From a virus: DNA of 64,000 nucleotides. The notes beneath the pieces were generated by a model, which was given only the letters and a program-made list of their open reading frames with translations, did no database searches and was not told the origin of the DNA. The stretch is from IMG/VR virus record IMGVR_UViG_3300048909_000330, positions 598 to 64,597 of that record. One strand, 5' to 3'. Shown here piece by piece: positions 1 to 8,614 of the stretch. Made by a program: the position numbers and the translations under genes. Each line of letters opens with the position of its first letter. Position 1 is the stretch's first letter.

Positions 1-474
1 ATTGAAGATGTGGCTGAAGAGGGCAATTTCGCGGTTTGCGCGCACATGCCCCGCGTTCTTCGGCACTGTCTGACCTTTCGATTCAAACCACGCTATGGCC
101 TTCTGATGCCGCCACCGAAGGTATTGTTTGATGTGAACTGGTTCGATTTCGTCGAGCGGCGCCTCAGCGTCGAAAAACTCCTTCAGGAAAGCCAGTTCCT
201 TCAGGTTGTCATCCTGTGTGCGAGGGGCTTTTGTGGGGATAACCTCGCGGACATAAACGTCGCAAGCATCCTTGAACTTCGGTGAAAGCGCCTTCGGAAC
301 CTTCGTCTGCTCAATCTCAGACCACCGACGCACTGCTAGCACAAAATCCTTCCCCAACGATTCTTCGCGCCTCGGCTTTCCGCCATGATCGTAGAAATAG
401 TAGACCGTCTTGCCCCTGCGCCTGGCCTGCATGCCGGGAGGCAGATTTGTATTTTTCGAGCGCTTGCGGCCCAT
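1..474 (-). CDS. int: Tyrosine integrase, N-terminal part (runs off the left edge)
   Basis: Hand-translated; absent from the ORF track because it has no stop: MGRKRSKNTNLPPGMQARRRGKTVYYFYDHGGKPRREESLGKD...HVRANREIALFSHIFN, typical arm-binding plus core-binding domains. Confidence 0.88.
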   Translation of the reverse strand, partial: MGRKRSKNTNLPPGMQARRRGKTVYYFYDHGGKPRREESLGKDFVLAVRRWSEIEQTKVPKALSPKFKDACDVYVREVIPTKAPRTQDDNLKELAFLKEFFDAEAPLDEIEPVHIKQYLRWRHQKAIAWFESKGQTVPKNAGHVRANREIALFSHIFN

Positions 475-478
475 TTCA

Positions 479-718
479 TCACCCCATAGACAATACCTTC
501 GGCTGCCATCTCTTGCGCGGCGCTTCCGCGGCAGATTGCCGGCCTTCGATCACCGCCCTCGCAATGATGGGCCGACCGCGCGCATTCGTCCAGAAAGGGA
601 TTCCGGACGTGCGAAGCCATTCAACCTGCAACTCTTCGCGAGTCTTGCCGCCCCTGCCCACACGAACGCCCGAAAGTTCGGCCACCTCTTCCGGCGATAG
701 GAATGTATCGCTCATCAC
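479..718 (-). CDS. Excisionase-like protein (DUF4224-like)
   Basis: FLSPEEVAELSG...WLRTSGIPFWTNARGRPII...RWQPK; directly upstream of int. Confidence 0.75.
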   Translation of the reverse strand: MMSDTFLSPEEVAELSGVRVGRGGKTREELQVEWLRTSGIPFWTNARGRPIIARAVIEGRQSAAEAPRKRWQPKVLSMG

Positions 719-999
719 GGCCCCACATTAATAGCAAACACCCTCACCGGATCAGGTCCAAAGTGAGGGTGCTGGATTGTTCGTTCGATGTATCCGCGCC
801 AGGGTTTGATGATGCGGCGCTCCCAGTCGTCGGCTTTCGGGTATCCGAGCGTCAGGATGATGCTGCCATAGTGGCGATGCTCGAGACGCTTTCGCCAGTA
901 GTCGATGACCAGCCGGTATTCCTCGACCTTCTCGCCCGACTTGATGGCTTCGAAGTATTCGCGCTTGAGGGGCAGGATTAGGGTTGGGAGGTCGGTCAT
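715..999 (-). CDS. ASCH/PUA-fold protein
   Basis: LILPLKREYFEAIKSGEKVEEYR is the ASCH GxKxxExR signature. Confidence 0.8.
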   Translation of the reverse strand: MTDLPTLILPLKREYFEAIKSGEKVEEYRLVIDYWRKRLEHRHYGSIILTLGYPKADDWERRIIKPWRGYIERTIQHPHFGPDPVRVFAINVGP

Positions 1000-1151
1000 C
1001 GGCGCTCCTTCAAAATCTCTTCAAGCGCACACAGTTGCAGGAACGCAGCAGCGATAACGCCGTATATTCCCTGTTGCGGATGCCCCATGTTCAAAGCGAA
1101 CATGGAAACAAGAAAGGCTATCGAAGCCATCAACGAATACACCGATCGCAT
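996..1151 (-). CDS. Small two-TM membrane protein (51 aa)
   Basis: Hand-translated MRSVYSLMASIAFLVSMFALNMG...EILKERR; fills the gap and overlaps the next start. Confidence 0.5.
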   Translation of the reverse strand: MRSVYSLMASIAFLVSMFALNMGHPQQGIYGVIAAAFLQLCALEEILKERR

Positions 1152-1156
1152 GGTCA

Positions 1157-1387
1157 CTAGTTCTTCTCCCTCAACGCAAACACAGCATTCTCACAATCCT
1201 CAACGGCACGCTGATACACCAGATCGCCGTGTTCCTCGGTCGGGTCGATCAGGCGTTCTGCGTGGACGGCTTCCCATGCGTGTTCCATCGCAGCTTTCCA
1301 GCCAAGTGCGAATGCCTCTTCCGGCGCGGAAGGGCCGTCGCCGCTCCATAACGCTTTTTCCATTGCGTCGTGCATAAATTGGCTCAT
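1157..1387 (-). CDS. Hypothetical phage protein
   Basis: Co-oriented and tightly packed. Confidence 0.6.
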   Translation of the reverse strand: MSQFMHDAMEKALWSGDGPSAPEEAFALGWKAAMEHAWEAVHAERLIDPTEEHGDLVYQRAVEDCENAVFALREKN

Positions 1388-1392
1388 GGTCG

Positions 1393-1569
1393 CTACTTCT
1401 CCTCAGCGGAGCGTGCAAGCTCAGAGAGCAGCCGCTTCTTGAACATCTGGTAAAGATCCTCTACCGACGCAGTTTGTGTCGACTCGTAAAAGTGCATGGG
1501 GATTAGACGTTCTCCGAAACTGTCGAAGAATTTTTCCCAGTCGTATCGCCAATCATCTCGATATGCCAT
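1393..1569 (-). CDS. Hypothetical protein (58 aa)
   Basis: Hand-translated MAYRDDWRYDWEKFFDSFGERLIP...; fills the gap. Confidence 0.5.
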   Translation of the reverse strand: MAYRDDWRYDWEKFFDSFGERLIPMHFYESTQTASVEDLYQMFKKRLLSELARSAEEK

Positions 1570-1571
1570 CG

Positions 1572-1919
1572 CTACTCTCCCCCGCGCTCAGCCATAGCCG
1601 CAGCAGTAAGCACAATTGCTCGCCGCACCGCGGCATCCGAATCATCACCAAGCGCTTGTACTTGGCAGTGCGCTACCCCGCGCTCGTTTTGCGGCGAGAT
1701 TGCTTCCACCAGTTCGCCAGCCCAGTTCGGCTGATCTTCGAAATGAAGGTCGATTTTCAGCTTCACGGCCAGCCTAAGTGCATCACTATCGTCTGCAAGC
1801 GGATCAAATGGCGCCGGCATATGTGGATGAGATTTGGCAAGGAACAGTCTCTCTCCTATGCGATACACCTCAATCCCCGCCGCTCGCGCCGCGGCTTCCA
1901 GCAATTCGCGATCTGTCAT
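1572..1919 (-). CDS. Conserved phage hypothetical protein
   Basis: MTDRELLEAAARAAG...FDPLADDSDALRLAVKL, a recurrent phage early-gene family. Confidence 0.7.
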   Translation of the reverse strand: MTDRELLEAAARAAGIEVYRIGERLFLAKSHPHMPAPFDPLADDSDALRLAVKLKIDLHFEDQPNWAGELVEAISPQNERGVAHCQVQALGDDSDAAVRRAIVLTAAAMAERGGE

Positions 1920-2185
1920 GACTTATCCCCGCGCTCAACTGGAGCGGCCAACTTGCGGATAGCGGCGGCGCATTCGGCCTTGATCCTGGCGTATTCCGTC
2001 CAGTCGTCCGGCGGATTTGTCGGCTCTATCAACTGCGCCGCACGTTCCAGCGCGGCAGCTTCACCGGCCTTCCACGACTCCCATGCAGATAGTTGCAGCA
2101 GCCTTTCTGCGTCGTCGCATGGACGATCGAGTAGCCGCGGCTGCATCTTTTTGGCCCACGCCTCAAACCTTTCTCGCTGATCCAT
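1916..2185 (-). CDS. Hypothetical phage protein
   Basis: Likely start MDQRERFEAWAKK; stop overlaps the next start. Confidence 0.6.
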   Translation of the reverse strand: MDQRERFEAWAKKMQPRLLDRPCDDAERLLQLSAWESWKAGEAAALERAAQLIEPTNPPDDWTEYARIKAECAAAIRKLAAPVERGDKS

Positions 2186-2189
2186 ATTC

Positions 2190-2450
2190 TCAATCTCCCC
2201 CGCGCTGATTAGTGGCGACCACTTGAGCCTGAAATTCATAGAAATCGCCACCGGCATCCATGTGTCTGATGCAACGGTCGTATTCGTCGGCAACCTCCTT
2301 AAGGCGATCGCACTCGATCAGCAACGCTTCGATAGCGTTTGCCGCGTCGGTTTCATTTCCTTGTGCTTGCTTCTGATACCGATTGGCCCAGAGGCTCGCT
2401 TTGTACGCGGCAACTGAGCGCAAGCGCGCGACCAGTTCGGCATAGTTCAT
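2190..2450 (-). CDS. Hypothetical phage protein
   Basis: Likely start MNYAELVARLR overlapping the upstream stop. Confidence 0.6.
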   Translation of the reverse strand: MNYAELVARLRSVAAYKASLWANRYQKQAQGNETDAANAIEALLIECDRLKEVADEYDRCIRHMDAGGDFYEFQAQVVATNQRGGD

Positions 2451-2707
2451 TTGTTTTTCTTCCCGTCCACGAAATCCCATTCCTGCCATTCGTCTTTTGG
2501 CAGTTCGCTTCTCACTTCCCGACCAGCCCATTTTTCGAAAGCCTCTGCGCTCACAATCGGGTAATGGCGGCCACGCGCAACCGATGGACCGTCGTACTGA
2601 ACGGCCCCAAGGAAGTTGATGTGCAGGATGACTCGATCATTGACAAGCCCGCTGGCATTTGCGGGTTTCTTGGCGCGCCATACTTGTCCAACTTCGAATT
2701 TGCTCAC
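2447..2707 (-). CDS. Hypothetical phage protein
   Basis: GTG start (MSKFEVGQVWRAKK) overlapping the upstream stop. Confidence 0.6.
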   Translation of the reverse strand: MSKFEVGQVWRAKKPANASGLVNDRVILHINFLGAVQYDGPSVARGRHYPIVSAEAFEKWAGREVRSELPKDEWQEWDFVDGKKNK

Positions 2708-3321
2708 GATTGTTTCTCTCCATCTGCTGTCTTGGTAAGAGAGGCGATAGCGGCGGCAGCGCTTTCGAATCTGCAGCGCGCGATAAACGCATCGTCGCGA
2801 CTGCTTGGCATAGGCTCGTACTCCCATTCGCCGTCCTTGTTAAGGCATTCGCTTCCTTTCATGACCTTCCACAGGTCGCGGCCTGATCTCTGCGACACGC
2901 GCTGAATCTTGAAGTCGTAACTGTTAATCCGGACGACATACGAATCGACAACAGCGCGCGCCGCATCTACCGAATCCTCACCCGTAGGAGGGTTGGTAAA
3001 AACAGGCGTCGTGGCCAACCTGGTGTGCGGTTCGGGATAGACGGTTGCCGTGCCTTTCCGATGTTCAACCCACCCCGCGCTCACGTAGCCAACTGCCTCA
3101 CCGGCACGCGCTTCGAGAGCGGCAATGCGATCCCGGTATTCGGCGTGAATTTCGCGGCGAGCCTTAACGTGTGCCGCGTTCCGCTCGTTGCGAGCACGCT
3201 CAAGGTCGAGGGAGAGCTCGACTATGCGAGCAGCTTGCTCTTCAAGCAACGTAGCCGCATCATCAACTTCCGTCAGCCCGACAAGGCGCAGGCTTTTTGC
3301 TATTTCGTGGATGTCGCTCAT
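2704..3321 (-). CDS. Hypothetical phage protein with coiled coil
   Basis: Likely start MSDIHEIAKSLR; C-terminal CLNKDGEWEYEPMPSSRDDAFIARCRF. Confidence 0.65.
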   Translation of the reverse strand: MSDIHEIAKSLRLVGLTEVDDAATLLEEQAARIVELSLDLERARNERNAAHVKARREIHAEYRDRIAALEARAGEAVGYVSAGWVEHRKGTATVYPEPHTRLATTPVFTNPPTGEDSVDAARAVVDSYVVRINSYDFKIQRVSQRSGRDLWKVMKGSECLNKDGEWEYEPMPSSRDDAFIARCRFESAAAAIASLTKTADGEKQS

Positions 3322-3521
3322 AGCGTTGGCTCCCACGACTGATCCAGTTTCTTTGCGTCGGTCAGCCCGAGCCACAACAAGAAGCGCTCGCGCCACGTGA
3401 GCCAGTGGATTTGCCCGTCGCTGCAAACCAGCATCGGGCCGTCTACATGCTTCCACTGGATGAACGGTTCGCCGTGGCGATGAACGATTGTGAAACTGCC
3501 GTCGCGGTGAAAGCGGATCAT
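3318..3521 (-). CDS. Hypothetical phage protein
   Basis: 4-nt overlaps at both ends. Confidence 0.6.
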   Translation of the reverse strand: MIRFHRDGSFTIVHRHGEPFIQWKHVDGPMLVCSDGQIHWLTWRERFLLWLGLTDAKKLDQSWEPTL

Positions 3522-4834
3522 GTCGGCTCTCCTGTCGATTCGGTGGGAGGGGTTTTAAGAAGAACAATGGCCTTGTGAATTGCATCCGATTCGTCATGAG
3601 CGACGACGTTGCTACCCGCCAATACTCGCAGGAGTTCCAGTTCATGCGCCGTCATCCCGCCCGCATCCACGCTGACCGAATTGCGTAACTCGTCTATGGT
3701 GTCTTGCAAGCGATGAATACACTCCTGCTGCTTAACGGACTGTTCGTTGCCCGCTTTCAAGCCACGATCAAAGGCAGCTTGTACCGCATCCACGCTTACC
3801 GGCTTTGCGGCGGCGAGTTTGCCGGGCGCAGCGGGCAACGGTTGCCAATGGGATGGCGTCCAGCTTGCGCCGTAGACAGTCCAACTGCCGCCGTTGATGC
3901 CGCCTACTTTGATGCGCCAATCATCCGCATGGTCGAACTGAACCGTGACCAGCACGTTTGTATCGCGCGGCGGCTCTTGATCGGCGACAGCGATCCAGCG
4001 GCTCGCCCCACTATCGGCTTTAGGGGTGGCGATCTGGGCGCGCACAAACGCCACTAAGTTGTTAATTGAGAAAACGCGCAAACCTTGTGACCGATGAATG
4101 TCCCGCCCCGAATCATATTTCAGCGAGTTTTCGATAATATCGTCATCCGTCAACGTCGCCTCTTGCGCTGCGGTGGATGGCGCAGCAGTCGACCAGTCGT
4201 GATGCCACATGAACGCGCAGTACGCGGCAACGTCGCGCGGATCGCCTTTCGCAATGTGATTCATCAGGTCGGCGCGGCACTTGTCCTGCCAGTCGTCGGC
4301 GGTCCACGATGCGCCGTATCCGTACTTGCGCTGAGAAGCCAGCAGCTTGTTTGCAAGCGCGCGAGCGAACCGGCGGACCAGTTTGGCCGTGTCCGGGTGC
4401 AGTTCGTCGCTTACCTTGATCGGCAGTTCGTCGGCTGGCGCAGCGGGTTGCGAGGGTGCCGGAGCGGCCTTAATCATTGCGCGCCAGATTTCCTTCTGTG
4501 TTGCGCCGTTGTCCCATTCATGATGAGCGATACCGATCATTTCTCCGGTAGGTTCGATCGGCACCAATGCGTAGCCTTCCATCAGTGGCGGTCGCTTCGC
4601 CAGTTCCGAATACTGCGCAAAGGTCATCGTCACGGGCTCGTCAGGGTGAGCAACAATGCCCCGCACATCCGCACCCCCATCCGGTTCGCTGAAGCCGGTG
4701 ATAGGAGAGGTGCTTTCGAGGTAGGCGAGGATCGCTTCAGATTCGTCAAGGCTGATGCGCACGCCGGTTTCATTGGCTACCGCGTCCTGCAAAGCTTCGA
4801 TGCATGCCTTCTGGCGGTCTGTATAGGTTGTCAT
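3518..4834 (-). CDS. Mosaic Ead/Eaa-like protein with a DUF551-like module
   Basis: HIAKGDPRDVAAYCAFMWHH module; RWIAVADQEP...SHWQPLPAAP module. Confidence 0.7.
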   Translation of the reverse strand: MTTYTDRQKACIEALQDAVANETGVRISLDESEAILAYLESTSPITGFSEPDGGADVRGIVAHPDEPVTMTFAQYSELAKRPPLMEGYALVPIEPTGEMIGIAHHEWDNGATQKEIWRAMIKAAPAPSQPAAPADELPIKVSDELHPDTAKLVRRFARALANKLLASQRKYGYGASWTADDWQDKCRADLMNHIAKGDPRDVAAYCAFMWHHDWSTAAPSTAAQEATLTDDDIIENSLKYDSGRDIHRSQGLRVFSINNLVAFVRAQIATPKADSGASRWIAVADQEPPRDTNVLVTVQFDHADDWRIKVGGINGGSWTVYGASWTPSHWQPLPAAPGKLAAAKPVSVDAVQAAFDRGLKAGNEQSVKQQECIHRLQDTIDELRNSVSVDAGGMTAHELELLRVLAGSNVVAHDESDAIHKAIVLLKTPPTESTGEPT

Positions 4835-4848
4835 GGTGTCCTCTGGGG

Positions 4849-5595
4849 TTAGGCGGTCAACTCGAATTCGGCTATTGCGGCTTCGAGGATTCGTTCGCGC
4901 GCGATCTTGAAATAGTCCTCGTCAATCTCGATACCGATGAATTTCCGGCCGGTGTTCGCGCATGCAACGCCTGTCGTGCCACTACCCATGCAGTTGTCCA
5001 GCACCGTGTCGCCCTCGTTGGTGTACGTGCGAATCAGGTACTCCATCAGGTCGACGGGCTTCTGCGTCGGATGTAGCGCGGATTTCTGCTTGTCACCCGA
5101 GAAGAACAGCACGCTTCTCGGATAGCGTTGCGTCGAGTCGTACGAGGTCTCGCGCTGCTTACCGTAATTCGTTGAATAACTCGATCGCCTGGTCGTTTTA
5201 CGAGCATGCCCATCGGTCATTTGCGGGTTATAGGTCGGCTGCGTCCGGTAGAAAACCAGCGCGTTTTCATGCGCCTTCAGCGGCGCGCGGTTCGCGTTCA
5301 GATGCCCTGTAGCGTTACCCTTTTCCCAGATCCATTCGTATCGCAGATTGGCTAGGTTCGAGGCACCCAGAACCTTATCGAACGGTGTCTGGGCAGTCAG
5401 CACAACGGCACCGCTGCACACGCGGTCGTACTCAGCCCAGATCCGCTGCAGATCAAGCTGCGAATCCCATTTGTTGCGGGTCGTGCCGTACGGCAGATCG
5501 CACAGCACGAGCTGCACACTCTTGTCGTCTAGTCGCGGCAGCACGTCAAAGCAGTCTCCGAAGTGCAGCGTCGCATCTTTTATGATTACCGGCAC
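4849..5595 (-). CDS. DNA N4-cytosine/N6-adenine methyltransferase (beta class), orphan
   Basis: DLPYG (motif IV), HPTQKP and VLDNCMGSGTTG (motif I) in beta order; no cognate endonuclease. Confidence 0.92.
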   Translation of the reverse strand: MPVIIKDATLHFGDCFDVLPRLDDKSVQLVLCDLPYGTTRNKWDSQLDLQRIWAEYDRVCSGAVVLTAQTPFDKVLGASNLANLRYEWIWEKGNATGHLNANRAPLKAHENALVFYRTQPTYNPQMTDGHARKTTRRSSYSTNYGKQRETSYDSTQRYPRSVLFFSGDKQKSALHPTQKPVDLMEYLIRTYTNEGDTVLDNCMGSGTTGVACANTGRKFIGIEIDEDYFKIARERILEAAIAEFELTA

Positions 5596-5629
5596 GTTGT
5601 CCTCTATTAGCGCTGTAGGTATTGGAGGG

Positions 5630-6769
5630 TTAGGCCGTCATTGCTGCGCGGATGAATTCCGCCGCGGCTTCCGCGTTGATCGCGTTGCCGTAGGCGCGCA
5701 GTCGTCCCACTCGCGAGGGAGCCCCATTAACCAGCGGGAATGTGCCGGGTTCAACTGGCCGCCACTTTCCATCCCGGCACAGGAGCCAGTCAGCAGCTCG
5801 CCAGAAGCCGTTAGTCGGGCCGGCTGGTTCGTTATGCACACTTCGACCGTCTTGCGACTGCTGTCCGTGTTTCCCGCGGCGTTGTATCCCCTCTGCGCCG
5901 GCGTGCCCGCCATAGGAGTGGGCCAGCCCGCGAATTGCGCCACATGATTCAGGCTCACCGCCACCTTGCGGCCGTCCGGCGTCTGCCCTGTCGCGCTCAA
6001 GCCCTCGAACGACTGCGAGCCCTTCGAATTTCCAACTGTCGGCGTCGGCCAGCCGGCCAGCGTCGACGCCATGCCCAGCGTCATCCCGAAGCCGTTGTTT
6101 CCGTGACGAGCTGCGCACTCCGCTCGCCGCGCTTCCCACGTCGAGTCGTTGTCGTTCTGCGGCCCCGCGTTCGGTGTCGGCCACGATGCCAGCCACGCCA
6201 CGCGCCCGAGCAATGCATTCAGCGGCACGTTCGCGCACTCGCTGCCGTCTTTGTGATCGCGCGTCGTTGGCGTAGGCCACGAAGAAAGTGCGGTCTCTGA
6301 TGTGCGGCGCACCGACGCCCGCAGACGGGAAAGGGTTCGCGGCGCCGGCGTAATCCACGGCTTCCAGGTCATCGAAAACAAGGTCGATCCAAGGGTCGAC
6401 ATCCTTGCTTGCAACCTGCTCGCCAAAGATGACTGGAGGGCGGCACTCGCTGATGAGGTGGTGCCACGCCGGCCAGAGGTGCCGCTCGTCAGCAAACCCA
6501 GCTCCTTTGCCTGCCTGGGAGAAAGGTTGGCACGGACAGGAACCGGTCCAAACAGGTCGATCATCAGGCCATCCGGCGAGTCGAAGCGCGTACGACCAGA
6601 CACCGATTCCGGCGAAGAAATGGCACTGTGTGTATCCGCGAAGGTCGTCTGGTCGAACATCCTCAATGCTCCGTTCATCAACGTCGCCGGGTGCAATGTG
6701 TCCGGCGGCTATCAGGTTGCGCAGCCACGCTGCGGCGTATGGTTCGATCTCGTTGTAGTAAGCAGCCAT
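5630..6769 (-). CDS. C5-cytosine DNA methyltransferase, alpha-like chain lacking motif IX
   Basis: HFFAGIG (I), GSCPCQPFS (IV), GEQV (VI), [10 protein letters not shown] (VIII), YGNAI (X); start [10 protein letters not shown]. Confidence 0.88.
   Translation of the reverse strand: MAAYYNEIEPYAAAWLRNLIAAGHIAPGDVDERSIEDVRPDDLRGYTQCHFFAGIGVWSYALRLAGWPDDRPVWTGSCPCQPFSQAGKGAGFADERHLWPAWHHLISECRPPVIFGEQVASKDVDPWIDLVFDDLEAVDYAGAANPFPSAGVGAPHIRDRTFFVAYANDARSQRRQRVRERAAECIARARGVAGIVADTERGAAERQRLDVGSAASGVRSSSRKQRLRDDAGHGVDAGRLADADSWKFEGLAVVRGLERDRADAGRPQGGGEPESCGAIRGLAHSYGGHAGAEGIQRRGKHGQQSQDGRSVHNEPAGPTNGFWRAADWLLCRDGKWRPVEPGTFPLVNGAPSRVGRLRAYGNAINAEAAAEFIRAAMTA
5638..6660 (-). CDS. Nested +1-frame beta-like MTase chain with four WPTP repeats and a motif IX-like segment
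   Basis: 340-codon frame inside the alpha gene; GGAG 8 nt before its ATG; [13 protein letters not shown] resembles motif IX. Confidence 0.75.
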   Translation of the reverse strand: MFDQTTFADTHSAISSPESVSGRTRFDSPDGLMIDLFGPVPVRANLSPRQAKELGLLTSGTSGRRGTTSSASAALQSSLASRLQARMSTLGSTLFSMTWKPWITPAPRTLSRLRASVRRTSETALSSWPTPTTRDHKDGSECANVPLNALLGRVAWLASWPTPNAGPQNDNDSTWEARRAECAARHGNNGFGMTLGMASTLAGWPTPTVGNSKGSQSFEGLSATGQTPDGRKVAVSLNHVAQFAGWPTPMAGTPAQRGYNAAGNTDSSRKTVEVCITNQPARLTASGELLTGSCAGMESGGQLNPAHSRWLMGLPREWDDCAPTATRSTRKPRRNSSAQQ

Positions 6770-6798
6770 GCGAGCACAATTGGCCGAATAGGCGAGGG

Positions 6799-7098
6799 TT
6801 AGGGTTGCGCGGTTGCTTTCGCGATGGCTGCACGCGCACGATGAAATCCACCCTTTCCGCCGAGCCATGGCGTATCGAGGATTTCTTGCAAAGCACCAAT
6901 CAGATCAGGTTCTGCATTCTTGATCTCACCATCGGCCAGCAATTCATCGATCACGTCTTCGTGATATGTCGCCATGTCCGCGCGGCAAATGTCCGTGAAC
7001 TGGGCTTCTACCGTGTCGTGATGGCCGAGCATGTAACCACTGTTGAATGCCCGGATAAGGTCCCTTTTGCTCATGATCTCTATTCCTGTACCGGCCAA
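6799..7098 (-). CDS. Hypothetical phage protein
   Basis: Co-oriented; ends RARAAIAKAT as many phage early proteins do. Confidence 0.6.
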   Translation of the reverse strand: MAGTGIEIMSKRDLIRAFNSGYMLGHHDTVEAQFTDICRADMATYHEDVIDELLADGEIKNAEPDLIGALQEILDTPWLGGKGGFHRARAAIAKATAQP

Positions 7099-7116
7099 TG
7101 GCCGTAGGGTGGTGGG

Positions 7117-7326
7117 TTATTTGCCTTCGATCTCTTTGAGAAGATCGGCTACCGCGCCTTGATAGTTAGCGTCGGCTGATGCTTCCTTCGCATCGTCGAG
7201 CATCGATTTGAAGAAAGCCGAATAGACCTGGTCTGTCAGGATGTTCGTTTCATCAACATGCGGGTAACCGAACTCTTTGAGATTTCGCACGCCGGCCGCA
7301 AGAAGGCGCTTCCTGTAATCGTTCAC
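7117..7326 (-). CDS. Hypothetical phage protein
   Basis: GGAG RBS upstream; co-oriented. Confidence 0.65.
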   Translation of the reverse strand: MNDYRKRLLAAGVRNLKEFGYPHVDETNILTDQVYSAFFKSMLDDAKEASADANYQGAVADLLKEIEGK

Positions 7327-7368
7327 TTCTCTCTCCTATATCGCAGCAAACCCGCCACGATTCACGAA

Positions 7369-7394
7369 TAAAAAACGGCCCGAACTTCCGGGCC
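7369..7394 (-). terminator. Intrinsic terminator downstream of ssb
   Basis: Minus strand GGCCCG-GAAGTT-CGGGCC followed by GTTTTTTATT. Confidence 0.75.
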
Positions 7395-7489
7395 TAAGAG
7401 CGCCGTACGGGCATCCGTACGGGGTGCTATCCCAACGGCTTATCGGGAGTCGGGGGATTCAATCCGTGCGTAGGGATAGCGGTGAGGCG

Positions 7490-7942
7490 CTAGAACGGCA
7501 CGTCATCGTCCATGTCTTCGAAGCCGCCGCCTGCTGGCGCTTGTTGCGTCTGCTGACGCTGCTGTGGCGCTGGGCGTTGTTGCTGCTGGCGTTGCGGCTG
7601 CTGCTGTTGCGTGGACTGCTGCTGGCCACCGCCCGCAAGTTCGATGGCGATGATCCGCGCAGCGAGTTTCACGCCTTCGCCGCCGCCCTGCTTCTGGAAG
7701 GTCTCGATATGCGCGTCTTCCAGAGAGACTGTGACGGCGGTTCCCTTCGTGAGATACGGCGCCAGCACCTCTGCGCGCTTGCCCCACAAAGCGGCGTCAA
7801 CCCACTGCGTAGGCCGCTTGCCGTCGTCGCCTTTGCGTCCGTACGAGAACGCCAGAGAAACGCTCGCCACCGCTTCATCGTTTGTCGTGCGGCGCACTTC
7901 TACATCGCGGCCAATCCGCGCTTGTCCAAATATCTGAATCAT
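7490..7942 (-). CDS. ssb: Single-stranded DNA-binding protein
   Basis: OB-fold motifs, Gln-rich linker, acidic tail MDDDVPF. Confidence 0.95.
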   Translation of the reverse strand: MIQIFGQARIGRDVEVRRTTNDEAVASVSLAFSYGRKGDDGKRPTQWVDAALWGKRAEVLAPYLTKGTAVTVSLEDAHIETFQKQGGGEGVKLAARIIAIELAGGGQQQSTQQQQPQRQQQQRPAPQQRQQTQQAPAGGGFEDMDDDVPF

Positions 7943-7960
7943 GTTCGCTCTTGTGCAAGG

Positions 7961-8614
7961 TTATGCGGCCATCGCCGCGATCTGCTTGTGGGTGGCGTCG
8001 ACTTCGAATAGGAATTGGCGCAGTGCCGCCTCGTACTCCTTGACCATTGCTTCGTCGCGCTCCCAACGGAAGACGAATAACTGGAGTTTTTCCGGCATAT
8101 CCGGGTCAAACGAAACAAAATCGACAAACTCCGCACCAGTCACCAGCGTGTTATGCAGAACCTGGTTCACATACGTCGGTGGAATCCTGTTCTCGACTAG
8201 GTACTTGAAGTGCGTCTTACTTTTCGGACACTTCCCCTCCCACAGTCCAAGTCTGCCGCCGTCTTCCAGGAGCCCATCGGGACTGCAACCGGCCATCATG
8301 TCTTCGCGATAGACGAAGCCAACCTGCTCCACTGAGATTCCCGTCTTGATCTCATACCGCATGCGCGCAAACGGTTCTCGTTCATGGCCTCGATCAGTGT
8401 CCGCACTCGAAAACTCATCGCCGCATGGCTTGCACAGCAAGCGCTCCAGGGCCAGTTGAACCCTGTAATCGGCGCGCGTTGCAGCCTCCCCCGATCCCGA
8501 TTTAGGCTTGGCCGTAACCGCTGCGGCATTCGACCCGGTCGCTCGGCCTGCACGGTCCGCCAGCCATTCGGGCGTGTTTTGAGGGTGCTCCGAGACAACG
8601 AAAATTCGGCTCAT
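7961..8614 (-). CDS. YqaJ / lambda-exonuclease-family recombination nuclease
   Basis: WLADRAGRATGS, GHEREP, GCSPDG, EGKCP, YVNQV. Confidence 0.92.
   Translation of the reverse strand: MSRIFVVSEHPQNTPEWLADRAGRATGSNAAAVTAKPKSGSGEAATRADYRVQLALERLLCKPCGDEFSSADTDRGHEREPFARMRYEIKTGISVEQVGFVYREDMMAGCSPDGLLEDGGRLGLWEGKCPKSKTHFKYLVENRIPPTYVNQVLHNTLVTGAEFVDFVSFDPDMPEKLQLFVFRWERDEAMVKEYEAALRQFLFEVDATHKQIAAMAA

Noticed and set aside
1-500. att site
   Set aside because: The integrase is cut by the window edge; att would lie outside and no direct repeat pair was found.
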